Assembly (NCBI GenBank): GCA_016187745.1
Contig: JACPJC010000005.1
Span: 64,001-128,000 of the forward strand
DNA length: 64,000 nt
Direction of reading: 5' to 3'
Source: Candidatus Iainarchaeum sp.
Lineage (GTDB): Archaea; Iainarchaeota; Iainarchaeia; Iainarchaeales; JAXPJC01
Shown here piece by piece: positions 18,536-28,238 of this stretch; position 1 is the stretch's first letter; the number at the start of each line of letters is the position of its first letter. The notes under the pieces are model-generated. The model searched no databases, was not told where the DNA came from, and was given only the letters and a program-made list of their open reading frames with translations. Position numbers and translations under genes: made by a program.

Positions 18536-20125
18536 ATGCAGATTCAACTAGTTAGGCTTAGAGACGCAAGGACAAATGATGTGTTGCATTTCCCAAAGGT
18601 GGAAAGCCTGGCCCTTGGCTATCTGGCTGGCTTTTTGAAGAGTAAGGGGCTTGAGGCAGAAATCATTGATGAAGAAGTTATGGGTTTGCAAAGGAAGCAA
18701 ACAATTGAAAGCCTCCAATGCAATAGCGACATAATTGCCTTTACAGCAATTGCAAAATCACAAATCTATTCCATACTTGAAGTGATTAAAGAGTTGAAAA
18801 AGAATGGAAATAAAGCACACATAACTATCGGCGGCCAATTTGCAACCTTTCTTTTCAGGGAGCTCCTTTCCCTTGAGAATAAATTTGATTCCGTTGTTCT
18901 ATATGAGGGCGAGGAAACGCTTTTTGAGCTTGCAAATGCCCTTAATAATGAATTTGATTTGGGCTCCATTAAGGGCTTGGCATTTAAAACTTTCAATGGA
19001 CAAATAAAGCAAAATCCTTTAAGGCCTTTAATCTGCAATTTGGATTCACTCCCATTTCCTGCAAGGGATACTTTGCCTAAAGTTATTGAAAATGGCGGCT
19101 TGCCCATTATATCTTCCAGCAGGGGCTGCTATAATCGCTGCTCTTATTGCTCAATAAGCCAGTTTTATTCAGGGCCCGGAGGAAGTGCATTTCGCTACAG
19201 AAGCGCTGGGAATGTCTTGGCAGAATTGAAGCATTTGAAAGAGGAATTTCCCGAAATTAGCGATATTTGGTTTGTTGATGATAATTTTGTTGTTCCTGGA
19301 AAAAAGGGCTTGGAAAGAACAGCAAAGCTTTGCAGAGGGATAAAAGATTTGGATTTGGGAGTTGACCTTAATATTTATCTCAGGGCAAATCAAATCAATG
19401 GAAGGCTCTTGAAGTTATTGGATGAATGCAGTGTCAGGTCTATTTTCATCGGCGCTGAGGCAGGAACAAATTATACATTGCAGCAAATTTTCAAAAAGAA
19501 CCTATCAATTGAACAAACAAAAAGGGCAATAAAATTATGCGGCCAGAGGGGAATAAATGTTGACCCCGGCTTCATAATGTTCCACCCGTGGAGTACACTT
19601 AAAGAAATTGAAAGCAATATTCGCTTTTTGGAGGAGATTGGTCAATTTACCCTGTATGGGATTGTAAGCTTTTTGACTGCTTATAAATTCACGCCGATTG
19701 GAAAGGAAATGCTTTCGGGGGAAAGAACATACAAAAAACCCATTTTCAAATCAAAAGAGCTTATTCAAGATACAGTGCCATATGAAATAGCCGATGAAAA
19801 AGCAGAGGTGCTGCTCTGCCTAACTTTGAAGGCATTTGAAGAATTCCACAAACTGCCTGAGCAATTTGCAAAATTAAAGCAGGAAATAAGGAAGATTAGG
19901 TCAATCAATAAGGAAAAAGCAATGGCACTAGATAAAGAATGGACTATTAGGGTTAATGCGATGAATAGGCAGGGAATGGCTTTCTTTAAAGAGCTATTCA
20001 GATTCATTAAAAAGGCAGATTTAAATGACAAATCAATAAAGCCGTTCTTTGGGCATTTCAAATTAAAGATAAGAAGCTATGTTGCGAAAGAATCAGGAGA
20101 AATAGAAAATTTGACCAAGAATTAA
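18536..20125 (+). CDS. B12-binding domain radical SAM protein
   Basis: LALGYLAGFL...IGGQFAT...YEGEETL cobalamin-binding region; SSRGCYNRCSYC CxxxCxxC; FVDDNF; IGAEAG. Confidence 0.93.
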   Translation: MQIQLVRLRDARTNDVLHFPKVESLALGYLAGFLKSKGLEAEIIDEEVMGLQRKQTIESLQCNSDIIAFTAIAKSQIYSILEVIKELKKNGNKAHITIGGQFATFLFRELLSLENKFDSVVLYEGEETLFELANALNNEFDLGSIKGLAFKTFNGQIKQNPLRPLICNLDSLPFPARDTLPKVIENGGLPIISSSRGCYNRCSYCSISQFYSGPGGSAFRYRSAGNVLAELKHLKEEFPEISDIWFVDDNFVVPGKKGLERTAKLCRGIKDLDLGVDLNIYLRANQINGRLLKLLDECSVRSIFIGAEAGTNYTLQQIFKKNLSIEQTKRAIKLCGQRGINVDPGFIMFHPWSTLKEIESNIRFLEEIGQFTLYGIVSFLTAYKFTPIGKEMLSGERTYKKPIFKSKELIQDTVPYEIADEKAEVLLCLTLKAFEEFHKLPEQFAKLKQEIRKIRSINKEKAMALDKEWTIRVNAMNRQGMAFFKELFRFIKKADLNDKSIKPFFGHFKLKIRSYVAKESGEIENLTKN

Positions 20126-21315
20126 TGGTTCAGCTGTATTTTCACAATGTCATTGCTCTTCAGCGCGTGCTCTTTTCCAAGCTTCATTCCGCTCCTGCAG
20201 TCAACTGCAGCAACAAACCTCTTTATGAAATCGCTGTGTATTTCCCCCGCGAGATCAAGCGCTGTTGCGCCTTTTTTTAGGAGATAAGCATCCGGTAAAT
20301 AATGCCCCTTTCCCGAAAGCATTTTGTGCTGGTCCTCCACGGGATAAACAACCATAAGCTCCAGCAAATTGAATGCGGTTTCATTTATCGCTTCCTGAAC
20401 TCCGGTTCCGCCCCACACATCCAATATGTTTTTCTGTATGAACTCAAGTGCCTTTTTCTGCTTCTCATCAATTTCTTTAAGCACACTGAATTCCTTCGCC
20501 CCGGGAACATATTCTATTGCGCCATTTCTTGCTGCCCTGCGCAATGCAAGTTCAGCTTCCGCACAGCAGGGAACAATTTTCTTCCCCGGCAATTGCGCGC
20601 GCAATTTCTCATAATTCTCCCTGGATTCAGGCAAATCAATTTTATTTGCTGCAATCAACATCGGCTTGCTTTTTTTCCTTATATCCCCGGAAAAGCGCAG
20701 AATCTCATCCTCATTCCAATTGTCAGGCCTTTCGCCGAAGTTCCCCTCCTTAATTACCTCCTTCACATTCTCCTCGGAAATTCCCAATCCGCTCAATTGC
20801 TTCGCAAGCGTTGGCGCAGCGCCCTTGGAATCCATCGCTGCCTGCTTGCTTAGCTTCTGCCAGCTCTCCATCAGAATTCCCCTAATCCAGTAGGAAATTT
20901 CCCTTTCAAGGAATTCAACATCCAGCGCAGGATCCCTTCCCTTTGTAGGATTTCCCTCCGCATCAGTCCTTCCGGAAACATCCAGCACGTGAATCAATGC
21001 GCGCGCCTGCATTATGTCCCCCAAAAACCTGTTCCCAAGCCCCTTCCCCTGCCACGCATCAGGCACAAGCCCAGCAACATCATAAAGCGTAATGGGTATT
21101 TCCCTTATCCCATTAATGCATTTTGAGTTCTGCGGCTGGCATTCCCCCTTTTCAAAATCAGTGTGCGCGCATTTTGCTGTTACGTATCCAATCCCCTGAT
21201 TCGGCTTTATTGTAACAAATGGCCTGTTTGATATTTCAACATCAACAAGCGTTGCCGCGCTGAAGAAGGAAGATTTCCCAGTGTTTGTTTTTCCAACGAT
21301 CCCTATCTGCATCAT
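20122..21315 (-). CDS. ychF: Obg-family ATPase/GTPase YchF
   Basis: GKTNTGKS, PFVTIKPN, DVAGLVP..GKGLGNRFL, ANKID, C-terminal TGS domain. Confidence 0.95.
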   Translation of the reverse strand: MMQIGIVGKTNTGKSSFFSAATLVDVEISNRPFVTIKPNQGIGYVTAKCAHTDFEKGECQPQNSKCINGIREIPITLYDVAGLVPDAWQGKGLGNRFLGDIMQARALIHVLDVSGRTDAEGNPTKGRDPALDVEFLEREISYWIRGILMESWQKLSKQAAMDSKGAAPTLAKQLSGLGISEENVKEVIKEGNFGERPDNWNEDEILRFSGDIRKKSKPMLIAANKIDLPESRENYEKLRAQLPGKKIVPCCAEAELALRRAARNGAIEYVPGAKEFSVLKEIDEKQKKALEFIQKNILDVWGGTGVQEAINETAFNLLELMVVYPVEDQHKMLSGKGHYLPDAYLLKKGATALDLAGEIHSDFIKRFVAAVDCRSGMKLGKEHALKSNDIVKIQLNH

Positions 21316-21375
21316 TTTATCTATCTGGGCACAAAATAGTTAAAAACTCTTGCAACGAAGCTTATATGGGAGAAC

Positions 21376-21759
21376 ATGTTCAAATTCCGAAATAAGAAAG
21401 TGCAATTGCCCAGGGCAGGCAGGCAATCATTGCGCCAAGTTGGTGATAGTAATGTTTTTGTCCTTGGAGAGCCGCCAAGGGGCGCAGGTCATCAAATTGA
21501 TGCGCTTGAACAAATGGTTAATGAGAGATTGGAAAAAGGAAAAATTTCTCTCAAGCCAACACAAACCCGCGGGGCAGGGCTGGAAAAACGCAATCCGGAG
21601 CGCAGGATAAAGATAGACCGCATACTCCATACAAGCGGCATTCCAATTGCAAGCAAAAAGACCATAATAAATCTCCTGAAAATAATAAACCGCTCCCTGA
21701 AGACAAAGGTAGAAAGGGACGTAGCCCTCAGAGCTATAAAGACTTTTTTGGGGGAATGA
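21376..21759 (+). CDS. Basic hypothetical protein
   Basis: 127-aa ORF with GGGAGA upstream, ending just before rfcL. Confidence 0.6.
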   Translation: MFKFRNKKVQLPRAGRQSLRQVGDSNVFVLGEPPRGAGHQIDALEQMVNERLEKGKISLKPTQTRGAGLEKRNPERRIKIDRILHTSGIPIASKKTIINLLKIINRSLKTKVERDVALRAIKTFLGE

Positions 21760-21766
21760 AAAACAC

Positions 21767-23152
21767 ATGCCCGAACTCTGGACTGACAAGTATTTTCCGA
21801 AAAGCCTTTCCGAGTTCATAGGCAATTCCGAAATAGTTGGAACAATTGATAAATGGGCGAATGGATGGAATTCAGGAAAGCAGGGAAAGCCCCTCCTCCT
21901 TTACGGCCAGACAGGCTCCGGGAAAACAGCGCTTGCGCACCTTATTGCGCGCATAAACGGCTGGCAGATTTTTGAATTGAATGCAAGCGATTTCCGCACA
22001 AAGGAAATAATTGAAAGGCTTGCTGGCGCTGCAGCATTGAACGCTTCCTTCAGCGGAAAGCCGCGCCTTGTTCTCCTTGATGAGATTGATGGCCTGCAGT
22101 CAAGCGACAAGGGGGGTGCGGCAGCAATTGTAAATGTGCTGAAGCAGTCCCAGAATCCTGTAATGCTTACGGCAAATGAGATTTATTCCGAAAAAAAGCT
22201 CGCGCCAATCCGCGCTGTTTGCACTCCGCTGGAATTCAGGAAAATAAATTACCTCTCAATCGCGAATTACCTTAAAAAAATCTGCAATGCCAATGCGCTT
22301 GCATATGAGGATTTGGCGCTTGCGGAAATTGCAAAGAACTGCTCCGGGGACCTGCGCTCCGCGCTTCTTGATTTGCAGACCCTTGCAATCAGCTCCGAGC
22401 GCATTACGCTTCAGGAGGTTTCAACCCTCTCCTACAGGGAAAGGCAGGAAAAAATATTCTCAATCCTCGCAAAGGTATTCAATGCGCAGAGCATAAGCGA
22501 GGCGAGAAGCGCGAGATTCTCAAGTGAAGTGGACACTGAAATGCTCCAGAACTGGATTGAGGAGAACATTCCCAGAGCTTATGCAGATGCCAATGACATC
22601 GCCTCGGCATACCGGATGCTGAGCAGGGCTGACATTTACGAGGGAAGGATAAGGAAAAGGCAGCACTACGGCTTCTTGAAATATTCCTCCGAGCTTGCAA
22701 CAAGCGGGGTCGCTCTTTCAAAATCCCAAAAAATCGCTTCCTATGTCCGATATGAGTTTCCGCAATTCCTCAAGAAGCTGAGTGCGGGCTCCTCCCAAAA
22801 GGCCCTGCGCAAAAGCCTTTCCGGGAAAATGGCGGAGCAGATGCACTCCGGCATTAAGGGCATAATCCGCGAGGATTTAACTTACATAAAGATGCTTTTT
22901 GAGAACAAGGCAAATGCGATAAATCTGGCTGCGCAGTTTGATTTTGATGCCGAGGAAGTCGCCTTCCTTCTCAGCACAAAGCCCGAAACAAAGAAAGTGC
23001 AGGCAATAATCGGGGAGGCGCAGAAAATCAGGGGCAGGCACGCAGTGCCGGGAAAGCAATTAATGCAGGAATCCGGGATTGCAGAACCCGCGCATGAGCA
23101 GGAAGAAATTCCAAAGCCGGTTGCGGAAAGCGGCCAGAGGAAATTATTTTAA
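21767..23152 (+). CDS. rfcL: Replication factor C large subunit
   Basis: WTDKYFPKSLSE, GQTGSGKT, ELNASDFR, LLDEIDG, GDLRSA, WIEENIP; C-terminal QRKLF. Confidence 0.95.
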   Translation: MPELWTDKYFPKSLSEFIGNSEIVGTIDKWANGWNSGKQGKPLLLYGQTGSGKTALAHLIARINGWQIFELNASDFRTKEIIERLAGAAALNASFSGKPRLVLLDEIDGLQSSDKGGAAAIVNVLKQSQNPVMLTANEIYSEKKLAPIRAVCTPLEFRKINYLSIANYLKKICNANALAYEDLALAEIAKNCSGDLRSALLDLQTLAISSERITLQEVSTLSYRERQEKIFSILAKVFNAQSISEARSARFSSEVDTEMLQNWIEENIPRAYADANDIASAYRMLSRADIYEGRIRKRQHYGFLKYSSELATSGVALSKSQKIASYVRYEFPQFLKKLSAGSSQKALRKSLSGKMAEQMHSGIKGIIREDLTYIKMLFENKANAINLAAQFDFDAEEVAFLLSTKPETKKVQAIIGEAQKIRGRHAVPGKQLMQESGIAEPAHEQEEIPKPVAESGQRKLF

Positions 23153-23155
23153 CAA

Positions 23156-23881
23156 ATGATCCCAATGGAAAAACAAATAAATAGCAGGGATGTCTTTGAG
23201 GCATTGGCAAAGGATTATATCAGGGAAGACACCCACTGGGGCTCTGATTTGGATTTGATAAAAGCAAGCCTTGACGAACTGATTAAAACAGAACCGAATC
23301 CAAGATGGCTTGATCTGGGATGCGGCGCAGGATTTCATATTGCAGCCATGGCTGAGCTATATCCTGAAGTTAGCATTGTCGGAGTTGACCACTCCCAACA
23401 GATGCTGAATGCCGCAAAATACAAAATTAAAAATCTGGGCCTTAAGAATATAGCCCTCAACAATTCCGATATTACTAAAAAATTTCAGGAAGGCAAATAT
23501 CACCTAATAACTTCCCTCAACAACGCCTTCGGCAACTTGTACGTAAGCGGCACTGACCAGAATGAAATAAGGGCAGGCATAGCCGGGAAAATAACAGATG
23601 CGTTGTGCAGCAAAGGATGCCTAATCCTGTCAGTATACAACATAGAAAAGTTCAATGAAAAATCACAGTATTGCAGCAATGTTACAGTGGTTGAAAATCT
23701 GAGCGATTTAGCAAAAGGGGATTTAATTGCAGAGTACCGCAACAAAGGCAAAAAAGTTCTTTATTACACCCACTGGTTCTCAGAAGGGGAACTCCGCGAA
23801 CTTGCAAAGGAAACAGGCCTTAAAATTGATTTCTTAGAAAGGAGAATGTCCAGGTTTCTGGTTAGATATAAAAAGGACTGA
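23156..23881 (+). CDS. Class I SAM-dependent methyltransferase
   Basis: WLDLGCGAG, VGVDHSQQML; AT-richer than flanks. Confidence 0.88.
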   Translation: MIPMEKQINSRDVFEALAKDYIREDTHWGSDLDLIKASLDELIKTEPNPRWLDLGCGAGFHIAAMAELYPEVSIVGVDHSQQMLNAAKYKIKNLGLKNIALNNSDITKKFQEGKYHLITSLNNAFGNLYVSGTDQNEIRAGIAGKITDALCSKGCLILSVYNIEKFNEKSQYCSNVTVVENLSDLAKGDLIAEYRNKGKKVLYYTHWFSEGELRELAKETGLKIDFLERRMSRFLVRYKKD

Positions 23882-23886
23882 TGAAC

Positions 23887-25527
23887 CTAAATTTCGAATT
23901 CAAGCACAGCAACAGGCGCATCAATGAGGAAATTTTTCAGGACTTTCTCGCCCACTTCCCCGAGGATTCCGCATTTTCCCAATGCAACAATCTCCGCAGC
24001 CCTTCCCTCCGCAAAGCTTGGGTGCTTCATTGCGCGCGTTTCGTATTTTATTCCAAGGTTCTGCAAAAGCGCATTCAAATGCGACTTTATTTCAGTAAAA
24101 TTCGCGTTCTTGTGCGAAATTGCAATGCACACCTGCGTGCGCTCCTTAACTCCCGTTTCAGCGCTTGCATCAAGCGCAAGCGTCCTTCCAATCTCGAATA
24201 TTTTCTGCGGATAGGGGCAGTTCTTGTTTTTTGACAAAAATTCAAGCAGCTCAGGAACAACGCTCCTGCGCAATACGCTCCAGTTGGTTGAAACAGGGTT
24301 TGCGATTTCCACAAACTGCTGCTCTGGGAGTTCCATCATCCTCTGCTGCTTTTCCTTTGAGGTTAGGGTAAAGGTAAGGACTTCCTGCAGCCCAAGCCCG
24401 ACACAAACTTCCCTGCAGGCATTTTCAATCCTGTTGTTCTGCAGCTCATTCCCGATTGTTGCGATTTTCACTTCCGCAGGCGCAATTTTCTCATATCCGT
24501 ATGCAATAATAATGTCTTCAATCACGTCTATCGGATGCAGGATATCCTGGCGGTATGCGGGATACTCCGCAATAATTTTCTTTCCCTTTGCAGCCGCATC
24601 ATAGTGCGCATTTCTGAGGAGTTTTACAATATCTGCGGCGCCCAGCTCCAACCCGCTGATTTTCTGCACATCTGAAACATCAACTGAAATTTTTCCCGGA
24701 GTGAAATCCGGAGTTGTAATCCTGCTTTTCGGATAAACTATCTGCACGGATTCAATTTTTGCATTCCTCTCGGCAAGCGCGCTTGCAATTACATTCAGCG
24801 CGGTATTAACAGTTTCCTGCCTCATTCCCGTAACTTCCACAAACAAATTGCGGGTTTTTTCAGTTACTTTTCCCGTTGCCTGGGAATTTATTATGGGAGG
24901 CATTGATGCAACAACATCCGCGCTGTCAATCAGTATGGGATATTTCTTGCAGCCCTGGAGCAAATGCGCATATTCCTTCCCCTTCGGATGCTCCTTCAGG
25001 ATTTCGTCCAAATCCATCTCAACTCTGTATTCCAGGGGAACGAACTTCAATTCATGCGGGGCAAACGCCTTGTAATGGATTGGCGCCTTCATCGCATCAA
25101 AATCATACAAGCCGATTGCAGCCTCTTTGCGCTTTCTTCCAAATGTTAAGCAGACCTTCTCCTGCAGCTGCACCATCTGCTTGATGAAATTTCCATCCAC
25201 CTTTACATTCCTCGCAATTGCGGCAGCAATGCAGGGCCTTACCGCGGAAACGGAGGCATCAGCAATTACCTTCACTCCGCTTGATTTCACATCATATTTC
25301 GCAAGCCCTTTTTCCTTTCCCAGATGCCCCTTCAATTCCCTTGCAATTCCCTCCGCAGAGAGCAGATCCGGCCTGTTGGTTTCCTTCACATCAACAACAA
25401 TTTCATTCCCATCAACAGAATCGATTTCCCCCTTTACAAAAAGCAGCGCTTCCCTCACCCGCTCAAGGCTCAGCTTCTTCCCCACAAGCGCGCCCAAATC
25501 ATTCAGGTTAATTTCAACGTTTGGCAT
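23887..25527 (-). CDS. pheT: Phenylalanyl-tRNA synthetase beta subunit
   Basis: NRPDLLSAEGIAR, GRKRKEAAIG, SMPPIINS, YRQDILHPIDVIEDI, YPQKIFEIG. Confidence 0.96.
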   Translation of the reverse strand: MPNVEINLNDLGALVGKKLSLERVREALLFVKGEIDSVDGNEIVVDVKETNRPDLLSAEGIARELKGHLGKEKGLAKYDVKSSGVKVIADASVSAVRPCIAAAIARNVKVDGNFIKQMVQLQEKVCLTFGRKRKEAAIGLYDFDAMKAPIHYKAFAPHELKFVPLEYRVEMDLDEILKEHPKGKEYAHLLQGCKKYPILIDSADVVASMPPIINSQATGKVTEKTRNLFVEVTGMRQETVNTALNVIASALAERNAKIESVQIVYPKSRITTPDFTPGKISVDVSDVQKISGLELGAADIVKLLRNAHYDAAAKGKKIIAEYPAYRQDILHPIDVIEDIIIAYGYEKIAPAEVKIATIGNELQNNRIENACREVCVGLGLQEVLTFTLTSKEKQQRMMELPEQQFVEIANPVSTNWSVLRRSVVPELLEFLSKNKNCPYPQKIFEIGRTLALDASAETGVKERTQVCIAISHKNANFTEIKSHLNALLQNLGIKYETRAMKHPSFAEGRAAEIVALGKCGILGEVGEKVLKNFLIDAPVAVLEFEI

Positions 25528-26993
25528 TATTGCACCACCGCGCATTTCCTGAGCCAGCCCAAATCATCCGAGAACAGATAGCGCACGTCCTTTATGTTCA
25601 GTTTGAACATCGCAAGCCTGTCAATCCCTATCCCCCATGCAAGCGCAGGCTCCTTGATTCCAAGGGGCAGCATCATTTCCGGCCTGAAAATTCCCGCGCC
25701 CGCAAATTCAATCCATCCCAATTCAGGATGCTTTGCGCTCAATTGAACTGAAGGCTCCGTGAATGGATAATAATCAGGAAGGAATTTCACTTCCTCCGCG
25801 CCCGCAATTTCCACTGCGAACTGCTTCAGCATCCCCAGAAGATGCCTGAAATTGAATGATTTATCAACAACAAACCCCTCTAATTGGTTGAATTCAATTA
25901 AGTGTGTAGCGTCAACAACATCAGGCCTGTAGCAGCGCGCAATTGCGAAATATTTTCCCGGAATTTCAATACCTTTTACCAATTGCCTTGCGCTGTGCGC
26001 GGTTCCGTGCGCTGAAGGCATGAGCCTTTTTGCAATTTCCTCATTCCATTTGTACTGCCATCCACTGCTTCCCGTATTTCCTCCGTTCTCATGCGCTGCC
26101 TTTACCCCTGAAACAATTCTCGCATCCGGAAGCTTCCCGAATTTCGGCTGTTTTAACTGATAAGTATCAGACCAAGAACGCGCAGGATGCCCCTGCGGCT
26201 GGAAAAGAGCATCAAAATTATAGAACTCCTGCGTTATCAATGGCGCAGGCATTTCCTTGAATCCCAGCGCAACTAACTTATTGCGGATATTCCCCAAAAA
26301 CTGCACATAGGGCTGTTTCTTTCCCAGAAGAATTTCAGGAACCCCAGCATCAACAACATATTTTCTCTCAGTGAACTTTTCAGCAAACGCAAGCGCCTCA
26401 AGCCCAAGCTCATTTATCCTCGCGCTCCTCTCAATTATCTGCTTCCTTTCCACAAACCCGCGCCTGATAAGCTCATTCAGGCCTTCATTTTCAGCTTCGC
26501 TTAATTTCTCATTCTCCCCAATTTTTCCAAGCGCAATTTCGCTTGCATATTTCCCCTGCAATAAATCCTTCTCAAGCCCAGTAAGTTCCAGAACAAGCTC
26601 ATTCCCCTCCTTGTGCAGCGAAACCCAGGCATTGCGCTTTGCAATTCCCAGCACAAAATCGCTTTCCTTTCCCAGATTCGCATTTTTCTGGATCTCAATC
26701 AGCCTTTCCTTTCCCCCGGCCTTATGTATTGCCTCAATTGCCCTTTTCTCCGGCAGGCCCTTCTGCAGCGCCTCCTTCCCCGAAGTAGTCAATGAAATGT
26801 GCATTTTTGCGCTTTCAATCAAATCAACAAGCGCCTTCTCCTTCAGCCACATTATTGCCCTGCGCGCGGAATCTATGTTCATGCCTGCGGAATTTGCAAT
26901 CTGCCCAGCATTTTTTAGCCGCCCGTCCCTAAGCGCAATTAGGGAATTTCTTTCAATCTCGCTCAGCGCCTGAGCGGTTTCCTCGATTTTCAT
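25527..26993 (-). CDS. pheS: Phenylalanyl-tRNA synthetase alpha subunit
   Basis: FYNFDALFQPQGHPAR, DATHLIEFNQLEG, YYPFTEPS, GAGIFRPE, AWGIGIDRLAM. Confidence 0.96.
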   Translation of the reverse strand: MKIEETAQALSEIERNSLIALRDGRLKNAGQIANSAGMNIDSARRAIMWLKEKALVDLIESAKMHISLTTSGKEALQKGLPEKRAIEAIHKAGGKERLIEIQKNANLGKESDFVLGIAKRNAWVSLHKEGNELVLELTGLEKDLLQGKYASEIALGKIGENEKLSEAENEGLNELIRRGFVERKQIIERSARINELGLEALAFAEKFTERKYVVDAGVPEILLGKKQPYVQFLGNIRNKLVALGFKEMPAPLITQEFYNFDALFQPQGHPARSWSDTYQLKQPKFGKLPDARIVSGVKAAHENGGNTGSSGWQYKWNEEIAKRLMPSAHGTAHSARQLVKGIEIPGKYFAIARCYRPDVVDATHLIEFNQLEGFVVDKSFNFRHLLGMLKQFAVEIAGAEEVKFLPDYYPFTEPSVQLSAKHPELGWIEFAGAGIFRPEMMLPLGIKEPALAWGIGIDRLAMFKLNIKDVRYLFSDDLGWLRKCAVVQ

Positions 26994-27053
26994 GGCAATT
27001 CCTTTATATTGTATAATGATGCATTTAATTATATTTATACTTTAGTGATTATT

Positions 27054-27545
27054 ATGCTATATCTCCTTGATGCCGGCGCGATTCTGAACGCCCCGGGCTT
27101 CCGCTTCTCAAGGGAGCACAAATACCTCACAACGGATTCAATCGTTGGGGAAATGCGCGATTTGGTAAGCAGGAACTTCATTCAGGCCGCAATAGGGCAG
27201 AAAAGCCTTAGCATAAGGAATCCTGAAGCCGCGGCCCTCAGGGAAATTTCCCTGCGCTCAAAACAGCTGGGCCTGAGGCTTTCGGATGCGGACAAGTCAA
27301 TACTTGCGCTCGCGCTCGAGCTTCGCTCAAGAAAGCGCTCCTTTACCCTAATTACTGATGACAGGTCTGTGCAGAATCTCGCAAGCGCGCTGAAATTCCG
27401 CTTTATTGATGTACTGCACGGAAGGATTTCTGAAACGCTCAAATTCAGCAAAAACTGCCCGGTGTGCGGTAAGGAGTACAGCAGTTATGTAGAAGAATGC
27501 GAGGATTGCGGGGCAAGGCTTATCCGCGGCAGAAAAAGGCTCTAA
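27054..27545 (+). CDS. nob1: Nob1-like PIN endonuclease with Zn ribbon
   Basis: LLDAGAI, LSDADKSILALA, ITDDRSVQN, CPVC...CEDCG. Confidence 0.88.
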   Translation: MLYLLDAGAILNAPGFRFSREHKYLTTDSIVGEMRDLVSRNFIQAAIGQKSLSIRNPEAAALREISLRSKQLGLRLSDADKSILALALELRSRKRSFTLITDDRSVQNLASALKFRFIDVLHGRISETLKFSKNCPVCGKEYSSYVEECEDCGARLIRGRKRL

Positions 27546-27546
27546 A

Positions 27547-27566
27547 ATTAACTAATTTTAGTTAAT
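27547..27566. promoter_or_regulatory. Palindromic operator candidate
   Basis: attaactaa-tt-ttagttaat (9-bp arms) just upstream of a TTATAAA box. Confidence 0.35.
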
Positions 27567-27681
27567 AAGTTATGCTTATAAAGCCCAAAAGCCATAATAT
27601 TATAGTAGTATAGCGGGCGCTGCGCCCCCTTTGGAAACAGCAAAATGGAATATTTCTTTGAAATAGGTGAAGTGAGCAAAA

Positions 27682-28047
27682 ATGGCAATGTTGTTTGATG
27701 CAATCGCGGCGACTCTTACCCTGAACCTCAGCTGGTGGGTCTGGATTATAATGAACAATTTGTTTTGGGTATTCGGCGTTATGGCCGCCGCCTACTTTTT
27801 CTATGGCAGAAAAAAGATGCTCTCGGGCTTCATTATAGCTGTATTTCTCTTATGGAGCGCGCTGGATTTCAGCGCATTTTCAGGATGGGTTATTCTTTCA
27901 GGAACGTTCCTTGCGCTGCTTTACCTCTCAAGGCTTGCGCTTGTGGGCTTTGTTGAAAATGTGCCGAGCATGCAGAAAAAGCTACCATTCATAATCAGCC
28001 TGCAATTTATCGTGATACTGGTGATTTACAACATATTCCTGCGCTAG
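27682..28047 (+). CDS. Small polytopic membrane protein
   Basis: About 4 hydrophobic helices; AGGTGA upstream. Confidence 0.75.
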   Translation: MAMLFDAIAATLTLNLSWWVWIIMNNLFWVFGVMAAAYFFYGRKKMLSGFIIAVFLLWSALDFSAFSGWVILSGTFLALLYLSRLALVGFVENVPSMQKKLPFIISLQFIVILVIYNIFLR

Positions 28048-28050
28048 TGA

Positions 28051-28233
28051 TTGAAAATGATAATGAAATCAATATTCAAGTCGTTCGTAATAATCTTGGC
28101 CTTTTACCTGGCCTTCATACTCATAGGAACAGGCAATATTACGTTCTTCAGCGGCAGTTTTTTCACGGATTTGGGGATGTTCGCATTTTTCATGTACATA
28201 CTCTGCAATGTAATGCTGTATTATTTTGTCTGA
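28051..28233 (+). CDS. Small two-TM membrane protein
   Basis: Hydrophobic 60-aa ORF filling the gap to the convergent gene; start uncertain. Confidence 0.5.
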   Translation: MKMIMKSIFKSFVIILAFYLAFILIGTGNITFFSGSFFTDLGMFAFFMYILCNVMLYYFV

Positions 28234-28238
28234 ATTCA

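Noticed and set aside
23156-23881. Methyltransferase as part of the radical SAM peptide islet
   Set aside because: Separated from it by ychF, an orphan and rfcL; only similar AT-richness links them
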